Of a DNA stretch of 54,971 nucleotides, positions 19,365-31,400 are shown piece after piece. This DNA comes from a virus (taxonomy: Duplodnaviria; Caudoviricetes): the IMG/VR virus record IMGVR_UViG_3300024999_000135, positions 1-54,971 of that record; one strand, 5' to 3'. The stretch's first letter is position 1, and each line of letters begins with the position of its first letter. The position numbers were made by a program, and so were the translations under genes. The notes under the pieces are model-generated. The model searched no databases. It saw nothing but the letters and a program-made list of their open reading frames with translations, and was not told the origin of the DNA.

Positions 19365-20045
19365 ATGAAGGATATTTTAAGAAAATGTACATATTGTGAT
19401 AGTAAAGGAATTAAAAGTATAAAAATTGGTAGAGATAAATTTATTTACTATAATAATAAATATTATCATTATGATTGTTTTATTGATTATAAAATTAAAA
19501 ATAATGAATATAATTTATCCCAAGAACAGATTATTAATATAGCAAATGAAATGGTATTAAAAACCAAAACAATAAAATCAGTAAAAGATTCAATTAATAA
19601 AGATAGACTTATTTATTGGCTTTATGATTATTATAATGTATCAACTTTTTCTAATTTATTTTTTCAAAAATTAACAAAGATTAATAATGGAACATATAGT
19701 GATAAATTAATTGTACCAATATCTTGTTATGATTTATTACAAATATATAAAAAAATGAAGTCTTATCTTAATAAAGTAAACAGTAATAACGAAAGAAATG
19801 GTAAAAATATAAGTTTAACTAATAGAATACATTATGATTTAGCCATTATCTTAAATAATTATGATGAATATATAAAATGGAAACAAAAACAAAAAACCGA
19901 AAATGTTGAAAAAATAAAATTACAAGAAGAGATAAAATCTAAAAAAGATATATGTATTAATAATATAACTAGTATCAAAAAAAATCAAAATCAAAATAAT
20001 AATAAAGAAATAAATATAGCAGAAATACTAGATGAAGTATTTTAA
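19365..20045 (+). CDS. Zn-finger replication protein upstream of the helicase (possible loader)
   Basis: CxxC...HxxC N-terminus; position in the operon. Confidence 0.55.
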   Translation: MKDILRKCTYCDSKGIKSIKIGRDKFIYYNNKYYHYDCFIDYKIKNNEYNLSQEQIINIANEMVLKTKTIKSVKDSINKDRLIYWLYDYYNVSTFSNLFFQKLTKINNGTYSDKLIVPISCYDLLQIYKKMKSYLNKVNSNNERNGKNISLTNRIHYDLAIILNNYDEYIKWKQKQKTENVEKIKLQEEIKSKKDICINNITSIKKNQNQNNNKEINIAEILDEVF

Positions 20046-20057
20046 AAATGTTTATAA

Positions 20058-21626
20058 ATGAGAGTAGGTGTTACAATATTAATAGAAATTAAGAATCACA
20101 ATATTGCTAATGAAACACTTTTAGTAGGAAGTATGTATAAAAATCCTGATATTTATGTTGAATATGGACATGTAATGCGTCCTAAATATGATTTTTATGA
20201 TAGTTCTTGTCAATTTTTTTATAATAGTTTTGAAATTATGTATCAAACATTTTCACAAGATTTTAATGAAAATAATATAAATATTTTTATGTCACAGGAT
20301 AAAAAAAGAAATAATCAGTATAAAGAATATGGTGGTTATAAAACAATTGAAAAAATGATGGAACTTTCAAATATAGATGATTTTAAAAACTATTTTAATA
20401 TAGTTAAAAAGTATTCTCTTATTAGGGAATATGAACGAAATGGATATCCAATACAAAAAATATTGGAACATAAGAAATTTGATTTATTTACTGCCACTGA
20501 TATTTATAAAATGATAAAATCTAAAGCGGATAAGATAAATACAGTCATTAGTGGTGGAGAAGATAGTATTTTATTAGGTAAAAAATCTAAAAATAGAATT
20601 AAAGAATGGATTAAAAAACCAAGTTTTGGTATTACTTTTCCTTGGAATTATTGGAACATATTTTTTAGAGGATTTAGAAAGAAAAAATTAATAGTAGAAG
20701 GAATGCTATCAAATGAAGGTAAGTCAAGAAAAATGGTTGCACTTGCTACACATATATCATTGGTTGAAAAAAAATCTGTATTAATAATGACTAACGAAAT
20801 GTCAGAAGAAGACATTGAAGCTTGTAAAATTGTAACTGTTATAAATGACCCAATACATAAAAAAAACTTTGATTTTGATTTAAGTAAAACAGAAGAAGAA
20901 ATTGTTCTTGGAAGATATAGAAATGACACCGGAAATTTTATAATTAGAGAATTAGATAAACACGAAAATCCTGTTTTAACAGATGAAGAATATGAAGAAA
21001 AACTATTTAATGAATCGACAGAATATAGAAATACTCTCCAAATTGCTGAATGGATAGAAGAAAATACTAAAATATATTTTAAAGAAATGAGAGAATATGC
21101 TGATGATGATTTAGAAATGGAAATACGAAAACATGTTCTTTCTAAAAATGTTGGATATGTAATGTATGATACCTTAAAAGGTTACAGAACTGATGATTGG
21201 GGAACTATTAAACAAACTGCAACAAGACTTGAAGAACTTGCTAAAGAATTAAATATCGGTATTTATGCTAATTTCCAACTAACAGATGATTCAGTTTATC
21301 TTGAAGTATTTGACCTTAATAGTATGAATTTAGCCAATAGTAAACAAGTATTTCATGTTCTTGATTATTTAGTTTTAGGTAAAAGACTATTTCGGGATGA
21401 TTATGATAAATATTCTATTATTGACGATTGGGGTGGAGAAATACCACTTGATATTAATAAAACATATTATGGACACAGATTTGCAAAAAGTAGAACTGGT
21501 GGGAAAGGTAAAGTTACTGTATGTGAAGTAGATTTAGATAAAAATACATGGATTGAAGTTGGATTACTTATAAAAAAAGGTAATAAAAATAGCGATTCTA
21601 AACCAAAACAGAGAATTGGGGCATAA
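20058..21626 (+). CDS. dnaB: Replicative DNA helicase, DnaB family (start uncertain)
   Basis: SNEGKSR Walker A, TNEMS, YDTLK, ANFQL, KSR.G. Confidence 0.85.
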   Translation: MRVGVTILIEIKNHNIANETLLVGSMYKNPDIYVEYGHVMRPKYDFYDSSCQFFYNSFEIMYQTFSQDFNENNINIFMSQDKKRNNQYKEYGGYKTIEKMMELSNIDDFKNYFNIVKKYSLIREYERNGYPIQKILEHKKFDLFTATDIYKMIKSKADKINTVISGGEDSILLGKKSKNRIKEWIKKPSFGITFPWNYWNIFFRGFRKKKLIVEGMLSNEGKSRKMVALATHISLVEKKSVLIMTNEMSEEDIEACKIVTVINDPIHKKNFDFDLSKTEEEIVLGRYRNDTGNFIIRELDKHENPVLTDEEYEEKLFNESTEYRNTLQIAEWIEENTKIYFKEMREYADDDLEMEIRKHVLSKNVGYVMYDTLKGYRTDDWGTIKQTATRLEELAKELNIGIYANFQLTDDSVYLEVFDLNSMNLANSKQVFHVLDYLVLGKRLFRDDYDKYSIIDDWGGEIPLDINKTYYGHRFAKSRTGGKGKVTVCEVDLDKNTWIEVGLLIKKGNKNSDSKPKQRIGA

Positions 21627-21629
21627 TCT

Positions 21630-22694
21630 ATGGAAGTAAAAGAATTATTTAGTAAAATTATAAAACATAATGATATTAGAAAAATACTTGAAAACTTAGA
21701 TATGCACCATATTAACGATAAAGGAGAGTATTATACTTGTGGGTTTCCAGATGGAGACAATATTAAAAGTGTTGTCATTTATAAAGATAATTTATGGATA
21801 AATGCCTATACAAGAGATATATCAGATAAATATGGTTATACAAATATAATATCTCTTGTTACTTTTATTAAAGGTTTATATTTTACTCAATCAATTAAAT
21901 GGATATGTGATATTTGTAATTATAATTATTACGAAGAACCAAAATCTAAAACAGAAATGATAAAATTTTTAGATTATATTTATAATGAAAAACATGGTAA
22001 CGATAAAAAAGAACAAGATGAAGTAATTTATTTAAAACCAATAGATGAAAATATTTTAAAATATTATGGAAACTATTCAAACAAATTATTTTTACAAGAT
22101 AATATAGATATACAAACACAAATTGATTTTGGTTTAGGATATGATTTAGAAACTCATTCAATCACTATCCCTATAAGAGATGAATTAGATATTCTTATAG
22201 GTGTAAAATCAAGATTATATAAAAAATCTTGTGAATTAGAAGAATGGGAAAGTAAATATTTTTATCTTATACCATGTGCTAAATCTAAAATATTATATGG
22301 ATTAAATAAAACTATGCCATATATTAAAAGGGCAGGTTACGTTATTGTAGGTGAATCAGAAAAAATGCCCATGCAATTATGGTCATATGGAATTAAAAAT
22401 GCTGTTGCTATTGGTTCACATACAATATCAAAATATCAAGCAAAAAAACTTACTCATTTAGGTGTAGATATTGTTTTAGCTTATGATAAGGATGTAATGT
22501 TTAATGAGAATGGTAAGTTTAATAAAAAATTTTATGATAAAGAATGTGCAAAGTTTTTAGATAATCAAATAGTATATTGTTTATTTGATGAAGATGGAAT
22601 ATTAAAAGAAAAAGAATCACCTACTGACAATTTTGAAAAATATAAAATATTATACGAAAATAGACGTATTTTGAAAGGAGTAAATATAAAATAA
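21630..22694 (+). CDS. DNA primase (TOPRIM)
   Basis: IPIRD, LYGL, VGESEK, LAYDKD; follows the helicase. Confidence 0.85.
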   Translation: MEVKELFSKIIKHNDIRKILENLDMHHINDKGEYYTCGFPDGDNIKSVVIYKDNLWINAYTRDISDKYGYTNIISLVTFIKGLYFTQSIKWICDICNYNYYEEPKSKTEMIKFLDYIYNEKHGNDKKEQDEVIYLKPIDENILKYYGNYSNKLFLQDNIDIQTQIDFGLGYDLETHSITIPIRDELDILIGVKSRLYKKSCELEEWESKYFYLIPCAKSKILYGLNKTMPYIKRAGYVIVGESEKMPMQLWSYGIKNAVAIGSHTISKYQAKKLTHLGVDIVLAYDKDVMFNENGKFNKKFYDKECAKFLDNQIVYCLFDEDGILKEKESPTDNFEKYKILYENRRILKGVNIK

Positions 22695-24386
22695 ATGAAA
22701 TTTAAAATAATAGGTGAAAATAATTATAATGCTAGTAATTTAATTTATGAGATATTAAAAAATAGAGGTATTAAAGACATTGATAGTTTTCTAAATATAA
22801 ATGAAAGCGTTATTACTAATCCGTATGTCTTTAAAAATATGGATATTGCTATAAAGTGTTTATTGAAACATTTAGAAAATGAATCAAATATATTAATTAT
22901 TCCTGATACAGACGTAGATGGCATCACATCATCAAGTTTACTTTATAACTATATAAAAGAAATATATCCAAATGCAAAATTATTTTTTAAAAACCATACT
23001 AAAAAAACACATGGTATTATGTTAGATGATTTACAAGATATATTACCACAAATACAACTTTTAATACTTCCAGATGCTTCAAGTGAACAATTCAAAGAAC
23101 ATAAAATAGTAAAAGATATGGGAATTGATATTATAATTATTGATCATCATAGTGTAAAAGATTATAGTGCTAATGCTATTGTGATTAATAATCAATTATC
23201 TAAAATATCAACTAACTTGTCAGGGGTTGGTATGATTTATAAATTTTGTAAAGCATTGGATGAAGAATTATGGGAAGATAAGGCAGACAATTATTTGGAT
23301 TTAGTAGCAGTTGGACTTATAGCGGATTATATGAATACGAGAGATTTAGAAGTACAATATTACATAAGAAAAGGTTTAAGTAATATAAAAAGTCCTGCAT
23401 TAAAGGCATTAATAGAAATACAAGAATTTTCTCTTAAAGGAGAAATTAATCCAATTGCTATAGCATTTTATATAGCACCATTAATTAATTCAGTATATAG
23501 ATTAGGTACAATTGAAGATAAGGATTTAATGTTTAAATCATTTGCTAATATTGATACAGATAAAATTTTTATATATAAACCTACTAGGGGTTCTCGAAAA
23601 GGTGAAGAAATTGAAGAAACTATATATCAAAATTGTGCCAGAATGTGTGCAAGTTATAATGGTAAAAGAAAAAGATTATCTGATAAATTAATTAAACCGA
23701 TAGAAAGTCAAATAGATTTAAATAATAAAATTATATGTGTAAAAGTTGATAAAGAAGAATCTGAAGGAATGTCGGGTTTATTGGCAAATGCTTTATTGGG
23801 CAAATATAATAAACCATCAATTGTATACTCTATTAATGAAAAAAATGAAGTAAAAGGTAGTATGAGAGCAAATACAGGAGATTTTAAAGAAAAACTTCAA
23901 AATACAGGATTATTTGTATTTGTTTCTGGACACCAAGATGCAGCAGGGATACAGATAAAAGAAAAATATTTAAAAAATATTAATGATAAATTAAATGAAT
24001 ATTTTATAAATGAAAATTTTGAAAAAATATATGAAGTTGATTTTAAAATACCGTTTGAAAAAATTTCATTTGAATTTATTAAAGATATCACAGATTTAAA
24101 ATACATATATAGCACTAATATACAAGAACCATTAATATATATTGAAAATATAAAAGTAAGTACACAAAACATTAAATTACTAGGTGAGAAAAAGAATACT
24201 ATAAAAATAGAAACTGACGAAGTTGATTTTATTAAATTTAAAAGTAATGAAGAAATTTATAGTAATATGGTTGATTGGAAAGATGAAGTAATATTAAATA
24301 TTATTGGTAGAGCAAGTATTAATGAGTATAATGGTAAATTAACTGGGCAGATAATGGTTGAGAAATGGGAAATAATTGATTTATAA
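22695..24386 (+). CDS. recJ: RecJ-like ssDNA exonuclease
   Basis: DTDVDG, IDHH, LSGVG, GSMR, SGHQDAAG. Confidence 0.9.
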   Translation: MKFKIIGENNYNASNLIYEILKNRGIKDIDSFLNINESVITNPYVFKNMDIAIKCLLKHLENESNILIIPDTDVDGITSSSLLYNYIKEIYPNAKLFFKNHTKKTHGIMLDDLQDILPQIQLLILPDASSEQFKEHKIVKDMGIDIIIIDHHSVKDYSANAIVINNQLSKISTNLSGVGMIYKFCKALDEELWEDKADNYLDLVAVGLIADYMNTRDLEVQYYIRKGLSNIKSPALKALIEIQEFSLKGEINPIAIAFYIAPLINSVYRLGTIEDKDLMFKSFANIDTDKIFIYKPTRGSRKGEEIEETIYQNCARMCASYNGKRKRLSDKLIKPIESQIDLNNKIICVKVDKEESEGMSGLLANALLGKYNKPSIVYSINEKNEVKGSMRANTGDFKEKLQNTGLFVFVSGHQDAAGIQIKEKYLKNINDKLNEYFINENFEKIYEVDFKIPFEKISFEFIKDITDLKYIYSTNIQEPLIYIENIKVSTQNIKLLGEKKNTIKIETDEVDFIKFKSNEEIYSNMVDWKDEVILNIIGRASINEYNGKLTGQIMVEKWEIIDL

Positions 24387-24419
24387 ATAATTAATAAAAT
24401 ATTATAAGGAAGTGATTGT

Positions 24420-27400
24420 TTGAGTAAACCAGAATATAGAACTGAATTACATACTCATAGTTACTATTCTCTCCTTGATGGTCTACCAAGTCCTACAGAA
24501 ATTATTGAAAATGCAATCAATAAAGGAATGAAAAGTATTGCTCTTACTGATCACGGATTTCTTGGAGGTATGGCAGAATTCTTTTTACAAGCAAAGAAAA
24601 ATAATATTAAACCTATTTATGGTATAGAAGCATATGAAACATCTGATGTTTTAAATAAAGATAAAGATAATAGATATTATCATTTACTTATACTCTGTAA
24701 AAATAATAATGGGATGAAGGAACTTAACAAAATAGTAAAAAGGTCTACACAAGAAGAAAATTTTTACTATAAACCACGTATTGAGATTAATTGGTTAGAA
24801 CCATTTGCAGATGATTTGATTATTAGTACAGCTTGTTTAAATGGAAGAATTAATAAAATAGGTAAGGATGAAAAAATAGAATTTGTCAAACAAATGAAAT
24901 CTGTTTTTAAAAATTTTTATATCGAACTTCAAAGTCATGATACTGAAGACCAAATTGTTTGTAATAAGGAATTGATAGAAGTTTCAAAAATAACTAATAC
25001 TCCTATTGTTATTACATGTGATTCTCATATGCTTAATGAAGAAGATTTGGAATTACATAGTAGATTTAAATCTATAGTAATGAATAGTAAAAAGACTCCT
25101 GATGAAATTGGCGAAGCATATAAAGATTGTTATATACAAACTGTAGATGATATTTATAAAAAAATGTCTTACTTACCAGAAGAGACTATTTATGAAGGTA
25201 TAAATAATAGTAATTTAATAGCGAATATGTGTAATGTTGAAATAGATTTTTACAATATAAAATTTCCAGAAATTAATATTCCACTACAGTATAAAGATAT
25301 TAGACAATTTATTGAGTCAAGGATAAATGAAGGTTGGCAAGAAAGAGAGTATTATTTAAAATCACAAAAAAGACAACAGGAAGCTAAAGAAAGAATTAAA
25401 TATGAATTAGATGTTATTGATACTAAAGGTTACTTAGATTACTTTGCAATTGTAGATGATTTTTTGAGATATAATAAAGAACAAGGATATTTACCACCTA
25501 AAGGTAGGGGATCTGCAGGAGGATCATTAGTAGCATATTTTATGATGATTCATGATATTGATCCATTAGATTATGATTTGTTATTTGAGAGATTTCTTAA
25601 TCCAGATCCTAACGATACTCATATTCCGGATATTGACATAGATTTTAGTCATTTAGTTAGACAGGATATAGTTGATTATTGTATAAAAAAGTATGGTAAT
25701 AGTAAAGTTTGTAATATTGGACTTTATTCTTATATGAAAGCAAAAACAGCAATTAAAGATGTTGGTAAATCTCTAGAAATACCATTTTTTGTAACCAATG
25801 AGATTTCTAAGACATTATCAGATGATACAAAATTATCAGAATATATAGAAGAAGAAAAACATCTAAAGTGGATTGAAAAATATAGTAAATTTCAAATCAA
25901 AGAAATGTTTGAATTTGGAGCAAAACTTCAAGGAATCCCTAAAAGTTTTGGTAGTCATCCTTCAGGCAAAATTATATCAAATATGATTCTTGAAGAAGAA
26001 ATGGGAATGGCAGTGATAGATGGTGAAAATGTATGTATGTATGATATGCACTATGTTGAAGATTTAGGGTTTATTAAATTTGATTTTCTTGGATTAAAAA
26101 CTAATACAACAATTTATGAAACTTTGAAATTAATTAATAAGGATGCAAAATTCATTGAAACTGCAAGACTAGATTTTAATGATGACAAAGTTTACGAACA
26201 ATTCAGACTAGGAAATACATCAGGTATATTTCAATTTAGTTCTTATGGGATGAGAGAAGTATTATCTAAGATGCAAGTAGACTGTATTGAAGATTTAATC
26301 GCTGCTAATGCTTTATTTAGACCAGGAGCTATGGATTATATTGATGCTTTTTGCCATAATAAACAACATCCAGAAGATATTAAATATATAAACGATAGTC
26401 TTAGTGATATACTTAAAGTTACATATGGGCAACTTGTATATCAAGAACAAATGATGGCTGTTGGTAAAATGGCTAATGTACCTTCTATAGATGATTTACG
26501 TCGAGCTTGCGGTAAAAAGAAAATTGATCTAATGAAACAACAAGAAGTTTTCTTAAAAGAAGGATTGCTTAAAAAGGGATGGAAACAAAAAGAAGTAGAT
26601 ATCATATGGGAACAGATGGTAAAATTTGGATCATACGCTTTTAACAAATCGCATTCCGCAAGTTATGCAATTATTGCATATATTACTATGTATTTAAAAG
26701 TATATTATCCTGTTGAATTTATGACTTCTTTATTAAATGCTTATAATAATGATAATCAATTAACCAGTAAATATATTGCTGAAGCACAACGAATGGGAAT
26801 TAAAATTAAAACACCTAATATTAATAAATCAGAAAAAAATTTTACAGTAAATGATGGTTCTATACTTTTTGGTTTAAAAAATTTAAAAGATTGTGGCGAA
26901 GTATTTGTTAATAAATTATTAGAAGAAAGAAATAAAGAACCATTTAAAAATTTTACAGATTTTTATAAGAGATTAAAACCAGATAAACCTTCAGTTGTTT
27001 CGCTTATTAAAGCGGGAGCATTTGGTATTAAAAATAGAGAACAATATCTTTTAAATTTTATAGAATCTCTATTTGAGAAAAAAGAATATTCTCCAGTTAC
27101 TACTTCATTACCAACTATTAAAAAACTTAAAGAACAATGGGGCATAGAAGCAAAAAATAAAGAAGATAGATTAAAATATTATAATGCAAAACGTAAGATA
27201 TTATTTGACGAAGAACAAATAGTTAAACATGAAAAACATGTTTCAGAATTAAAAGAAAAATATATGAGTAATTATGAGATGTGGGAATATGATACCATGT
27301 CAATGTTTATTACTTTTAATCCATTAGAAAAATATAGTAAACATATTAGAAATTTTGAATCAGTTGAAGAAGGTAATGAAATTGTATTAATAGGTGTTAT

Positions 27401-27635
27401 TGCTAGTGTCCAAAAGAAAACAGATAAAAATAAAAAACAATTTGCATTTTTAGATATTTATCAAAATGGAGATTTAATAGAAGTTATATGTTGGCATACT
27501 CAATTTAAAGATTATGTAAACATGTTAACTAGAGGTAAAGTGGTGGTTATATTAGGTAAAAAAAGTGAAAGTAAAGTAATATTAAAAGAATTAAAAACTT
27601 TAGAACAATGGAAATTGCAAAAGGGGATTAGTTAA
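24420..27635 (+). CDS. dnaE: DNA polymerase III alpha subunit (DnaE)
   Basis: PHP HTHS/TDHG, GRGSAGGS, FERFLN, PDIDID, KFDFLGL, YAFNKSHS. Confidence 0.97.
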   Translation: MSKPEYRTELHTHSYYSLLDGLPSPTEIIENAINKGMKSIALTDHGFLGGMAEFFLQAKKNNIKPIYGIEAYETSDVLNKDKDNRYYHLLILCKNNNGMKELNKIVKRSTQEENFYYKPRIEINWLEPFADDLIISTACLNGRINKIGKDEKIEFVKQMKSVFKNFYIELQSHDTEDQIVCNKELIEVSKITNTPIVITCDSHMLNEEDLELHSRFKSIVMNSKKTPDEIGEAYKDCYIQTVDDIYKKMSYLPEETIYEGINNSNLIANMCNVEIDFYNIKFPEINIPLQYKDIRQFIESRINEGWQEREYYLKSQKRQQEAKERIKYELDVIDTKGYLDYFAIVDDFLRYNKEQGYLPPKGRGSAGGSLVAYFMMIHDIDPLDYDLLFERFLNPDPNDTHIPDIDIDFSHLVRQDIVDYCIKKYGNSKVCNIGLYSYMKAKTAIKDVGKSLEIPFFVTNEISKTLSDDTKLSEYIEEEKHLKWIEKYSKFQIKEMFEFGAKLQGIPKSFGSHPSGKIISNMILEEEMGMAVIDGENVCMYDMHYVEDLGFIKFDFLGLKTNTTIYETLKLINKDAKFIETARLDFNDDKVYEQFRLGNTSGIFQFSSYGMREVLSKMQVDCIEDLIAANALFRPGAMDYIDAFCHNKQHPEDIKYINDSLSDILKVTYGQLVYQEQMMAVGKMANVPSIDDLRRACGKKKIDLMKQQEVFLKEGLLKKGWKQKEVDIIWEQMVKFGSYAFNKSHSASYAIIAYITMYLKVYYPVEFMTSLLNAYNNDNQLTSKYIAEAQRMGIKIKTPNINKSEKNFTVNDGSILFGLKNLKDCGEVFVNKLLEERNKEPFKNFTDFYKRLKPDKPSVVSLIKAGAFGIKNREQYLLNFIESLFEKKEYSPVTTSLPTIKKLKEQWGIEAKNKEDRLKYYNAKRKILFDEEQIVKHEKHVSELKEKYMSNYEMWEYDTMSMFITFNPLEKYSKHIRNFESVEEGNEIVLIGVIASVQKKTDKNKKQFAFLDIYQNGDLIEVICWHTQFKDYVNMLTRGKVVVILGKKSESKVILKELKTLEQWKLQKGIS

Positions 27636-30073
27636 TGGAGGAATTAATATTAGATTTAAAGAAAACCAAAGAAAAAATAGATATGGATAAATTATATGAA
27701 TTTATCGCTACAATTACATTTCCTTTATATTATAATCAAAATAATAATTTTGGTGTATATGAATTTACTTGTGATGAAGAATTACCATATACTATACCAT
27801 ATGTTTATAAGGATAAAAATAAATATGTAGGTTGCTTAAATGGTAATATGCAAGAACTATATTGTGAAACTGAATATAAGGTAAAAGCAAAATTAAAATA
27901 TAATAAAAAATATAAAAAATATGATTATAATGTTGAAAGTATTATTAACGAGCAACCTAAAACTTTAGATCAACAAAAAAAGTTTTTAGAAGTATTATGT
28001 ACACAAAAACAAGCCGATTCTTTATTATCAGTTTATCCTAATATAGTTGAAGATATTATGACAGGTAATTATATTGATATAACTAAAATAAATGGTATAG
28101 GAAATATCACATTTGAAAAAATTAAAGATAAAATATTAGATAATTATATAATTCAAGACGTTTTAGTATTACTTAGACCACTTGGAGTAACTTTTAATAC
28201 AATAAAAAAGATGATAGGTTATGAAAATAATCCTTCTCTTTTAAAACAAAAAATAATCGAAAATCCTTATATATTAACTTCAGTGCATGGTTTAGGATTT
28301 ACAAAAGTTGATATATTGGCCTTGAAATTAGCACCTGATTTAAGAGTAAGTTTACAAAGAGTTAAAGCATTCTTATTTTATAAATTAAAGGAAATTGCTA
28401 ATTCAGAAGGTCATACTTGGATTAGTAAGCGAGATTTAATTGGATATATTAGAAAAGATTTAAGAGAATGTATCGATATCTATAAGGAATTTATTGAAAA
28501 GGAAATAAAAGAACCTGAATTGCTATATATTGATAATGATAAAGTCGGATTATTAAATTATTACAATAAAGCAAAAAATATAGTTGAACAATTATATTGG
28601 TTGGATAGTTTAGAAAGTATGATTGAACCATTTACAGAAGAAGAAATGGACAAATCAATATTAGAAACGGAAAAAGAATTAGGTTTTAGTTTTACTGAAG
28701 AACAAAAAAAGGCAATTAAAAGTATTAATGAAAATAATGTTATTATTGTGACAGCTCCAGCCGGATCTGGAAAGACTAGTGCTGTCAAAGGTATATTTGA
28801 TTTATTTACAAAAGCAAAAATAAAAGAAAAATTTATTAAAAGTGAATATAATCAAATACATGAAGAAGATAAAATGAAAGAAGATGAATTAGATTTGTTT
28901 GGAAGTTTGACACAAGGAAAATACAATGGTTTATCTGCTATAGATGACACTACAATTATAAGAATTGGTCAATGTGCATTATCAGCAAAAGCAGCAAAAA
29001 GAATGAAAGAGGTATCTGGTCAAGATGCTATGACTATGCATCGTATGTTGGGATTTGGTAATTCAGGATTTGCTTATAAAAAAGATTTTCCTATGAGGTA
29101 TCATAATAACGTACTTGATGAAGGTTCAATGGTAAATAAATCACTTATAAATAATTATATAAATGCTATTAAACCTCATAGTAAACTTATTATAATATTT
29201 GATTTTGCACAATTGCCACCTATTGGTTCAGGAGATTTTACAAGAGATTTATTAAAAAGTAAATTATGTATAAATAAATTTAATAAAGTACATCGTCAAG
29301 GTGAAAAAAGTGGAATTTTAATGGATGCTAATAAAATTAGAATTGGTGTTAATCCAATTGATAAATTAGAAAGAAAAATTGTTCATGGTGAACTAAAAGA
29401 TATGTTTTATATATTTGATACAGATAAAGAAAAAATGAGAGATTTAGCTATTAAATCTTATTTAAAATCTGTTAAAGATATTGGATTAGATGAAACAGTT
29501 ATAATTACTCCAAGAAGAAGAAAATGTATTAATAGTGCTGTAGAAATTAATAAAATAATTCAAGACAAATTGATACCGAATGATGTATTGCAAATGATAA
29601 GATGGAAAGATGGAGAAAAATGTATTTTTAAACTTGGTGCAAAAGTAATGCAAAAGAAAAATAATTATGATAAAAATGTATTTAATGGTGATGAAGGTTA
29701 TATCACTGATATCCAAAAAGATTATTTTACTGTTACATTTAATTTAGAAAATGGTCAAAAACCAATAATATATTCTAATAATGAATTAGATCAAATGGAA
29801 TTAAGTTATGCTATTTCTGTACATTCTGCCCAAGGAAGTCAATACCATTCAATTATTTGTGTTTTTGATATGAGTAGTTATATAATGTTAAATAGAAAAA
29901 TATTATATACTGCTATTACTAGGGCAAGAAAAAGATGTATGTTAATAAGTGAACCAAGAGCATTTAAAGCATGTTTAGATGATGAAAATAATAAACCAAG
30001 AAATACATTTTTAAGTGAAATGTTTGAAATTTACGATAAAGAAAATGGTTGGGATAATATATTAAATATTTAA
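27635..30073 (+). CDS. recD2: RecD2-like SF1B helicase
   Basis: HhH motifs, APAGSGKT, DEGSM, QLPPIG, HRQ, HSAQGSQY, YTAITRA. Confidence 0.93.
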   Translation: MEELILDLKKTKEKIDMDKLYEFIATITFPLYYNQNNNFGVYEFTCDEELPYTIPYVYKDKNKYVGCLNGNMQELYCETEYKVKAKLKYNKKYKKYDYNVESIINEQPKTLDQQKKFLEVLCTQKQADSLLSVYPNIVEDIMTGNYIDITKINGIGNITFEKIKDKILDNYIIQDVLVLLRPLGVTFNTIKKMIGYENNPSLLKQKIIENPYILTSVHGLGFTKVDILALKLAPDLRVSLQRVKAFLFYKLKEIANSEGHTWISKRDLIGYIRKDLRECIDIYKEFIEKEIKEPELLYIDNDKVGLLNYYNKAKNIVEQLYWLDSLESMIEPFTEEEMDKSILETEKELGFSFTEEQKKAIKSINENNVIIVTAPAGSGKTSAVKGIFDLFTKAKIKEKFIKSEYNQIHEEDKMKEDELDLFGSLTQGKYNGLSAIDDTTIIRIGQCALSAKAAKRMKEVSGQDAMTMHRMLGFGNSGFAYKKDFPMRYHNNVLDEGSMVNKSLINNYINAIKPHSKLIIIFDFAQLPPIGSGDFTRDLLKSKLCINKFNKVHRQGEKSGILMDANKIRIGVNPIDKLERKIVHGELKDMFYIFDTDKEKMRDLAIKSYLKSVKDIGLDETVIITPRRRKCINSAVEINKIIQDKLIPNDVLQMIRWKDGEKCIFKLGAKVMQKKNNYDKNVFNGDEGYITDIQKDYFTVTFNLENGQKPIIYSNNELDQMELSYAISVHSAQGSQYHSIICVFDMSSYIMLNRKILYTAITRARKRCMLISEPRAFKACLDDENNKPRNTFLSEMFEIYDKENGWDNILNI

Positions 30074-30092
30074 CAGAATATAAAAATAAATA

Positions 30093-30179
30093 TTGACATC
30101 CAAGCCTTAAACAATTATAATAATAACCAAGGGAAGAGATAAAATCCATAATAAATTTTCAACACAACAATCTCTTCCC
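30093..30179 (+). promoter_or_regulatory. SigA promoter and leader inverted repeat upstream of tnpB
   Basis: TTGACA-17 nt-TATAAT at 30093-30121; gggaagagat (30131) / atctcttccc (30170). Confidence 0.7.
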
Positions 30180-30200
30180 AAAATAATAAATAAAAAGGAG

Positions 30201-31400
30201 GTGAAAATTATATTAATTTATAAAACAATAATTGTACCAGTCAATTGTAATAAGTCAGATTATAATTATCTAATGCAGTGTAATAAATATTCAGCTATAA
30301 TTTGGAATAACTGTGTGAAAGCAGATCAAAAGAGCAGAGAAGAAAATAATAAATCACTTACACGATCAGAATTACAATTTATGATGAAGAAGACAGTACC
30401 ACATATATTGGCAAATAGTATCAATATGGTTATATTTAAGTACATTACTGCTAGAGACGCAATGTTTCGTTCCATTAAAGCAAAACATGAAAATAGTAGT
30501 AAAGTAAAATTACCATATAAGGAAAAGAAATTTTATAACACAGGATGGACTTATCAAAATATAAGAATATATAAAGATAAGGGATATTTAACTTTAGCTA
30601 AACCATTATTACCAGGTCATACAAAACAAAAACCCATGAAATGTCACTTAAAAAATATTCCAGATAATATTGTAGAGATTGAATTGATTTATCATAATAA
30701 ATTATATCTTTATATTAAAACTAAACAAGAAAATGATAATATTTTAATTCAATCCAATAATGAAGCAAGTATTGACCTTGGAGAGATACATAGTATTACA
30801 AGTATAGACAATAACCAAAATGCAATTATAATTACTGGTAGAAAAATTAGAGAAACAAAACAATTAAGAAATAAACATATGGGTAAATTAAAAAGTCGAA
30901 GAAGTAAATGTATTAAGGGTAGTAGGCAGTATAAAAAATATAGCAGAGCAATAAAGAAGTTAATGTATAAAACAAATAATAAAATTAAAAATTATGTACA
31001 TAAGATTACAAAATATTACTTAGATTATTGTATTAAAAATAATATTAGTAAAGTTTATTATGGTGACTTAGATAGTTGCACTAGAAATACTAAAAAAGAA
31101 CATCGTGGTAGTAAAAAAATACATCAAAAATTAAATGAATGGAATTATGGACAAATAATGAGAGAACTTACAAATAAATTAACAAGATGTGGTATTCAAT
31201 TAGTTAAGGTTAAAGAGTATTATACATCTAAAAAATGTCCTGTTTGTAATAAATTAAATAGTCCAAAGGGAAGAAATTATAAATGTGATTGTGGATACGT
31301 AATGCATAGGGATGTAAATGGAGCAATTAATATACTTAACGATAATTCACAATATAATATTAATAAGTATAAAAGTTTAAAGTATCTACAAATTACTTAA
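30201..31400 (+). mobile_element. tnpB: Solo TnpB RNA-guided nuclease (IS200/IS605-IS607 superfamily), no adjacent tnpA
   Basis: RuvC-I SIDLG, YYGDL, KEYYTS, CPVC/CDCG zinc finger, HRDVNGAINI. Confidence 0.92.
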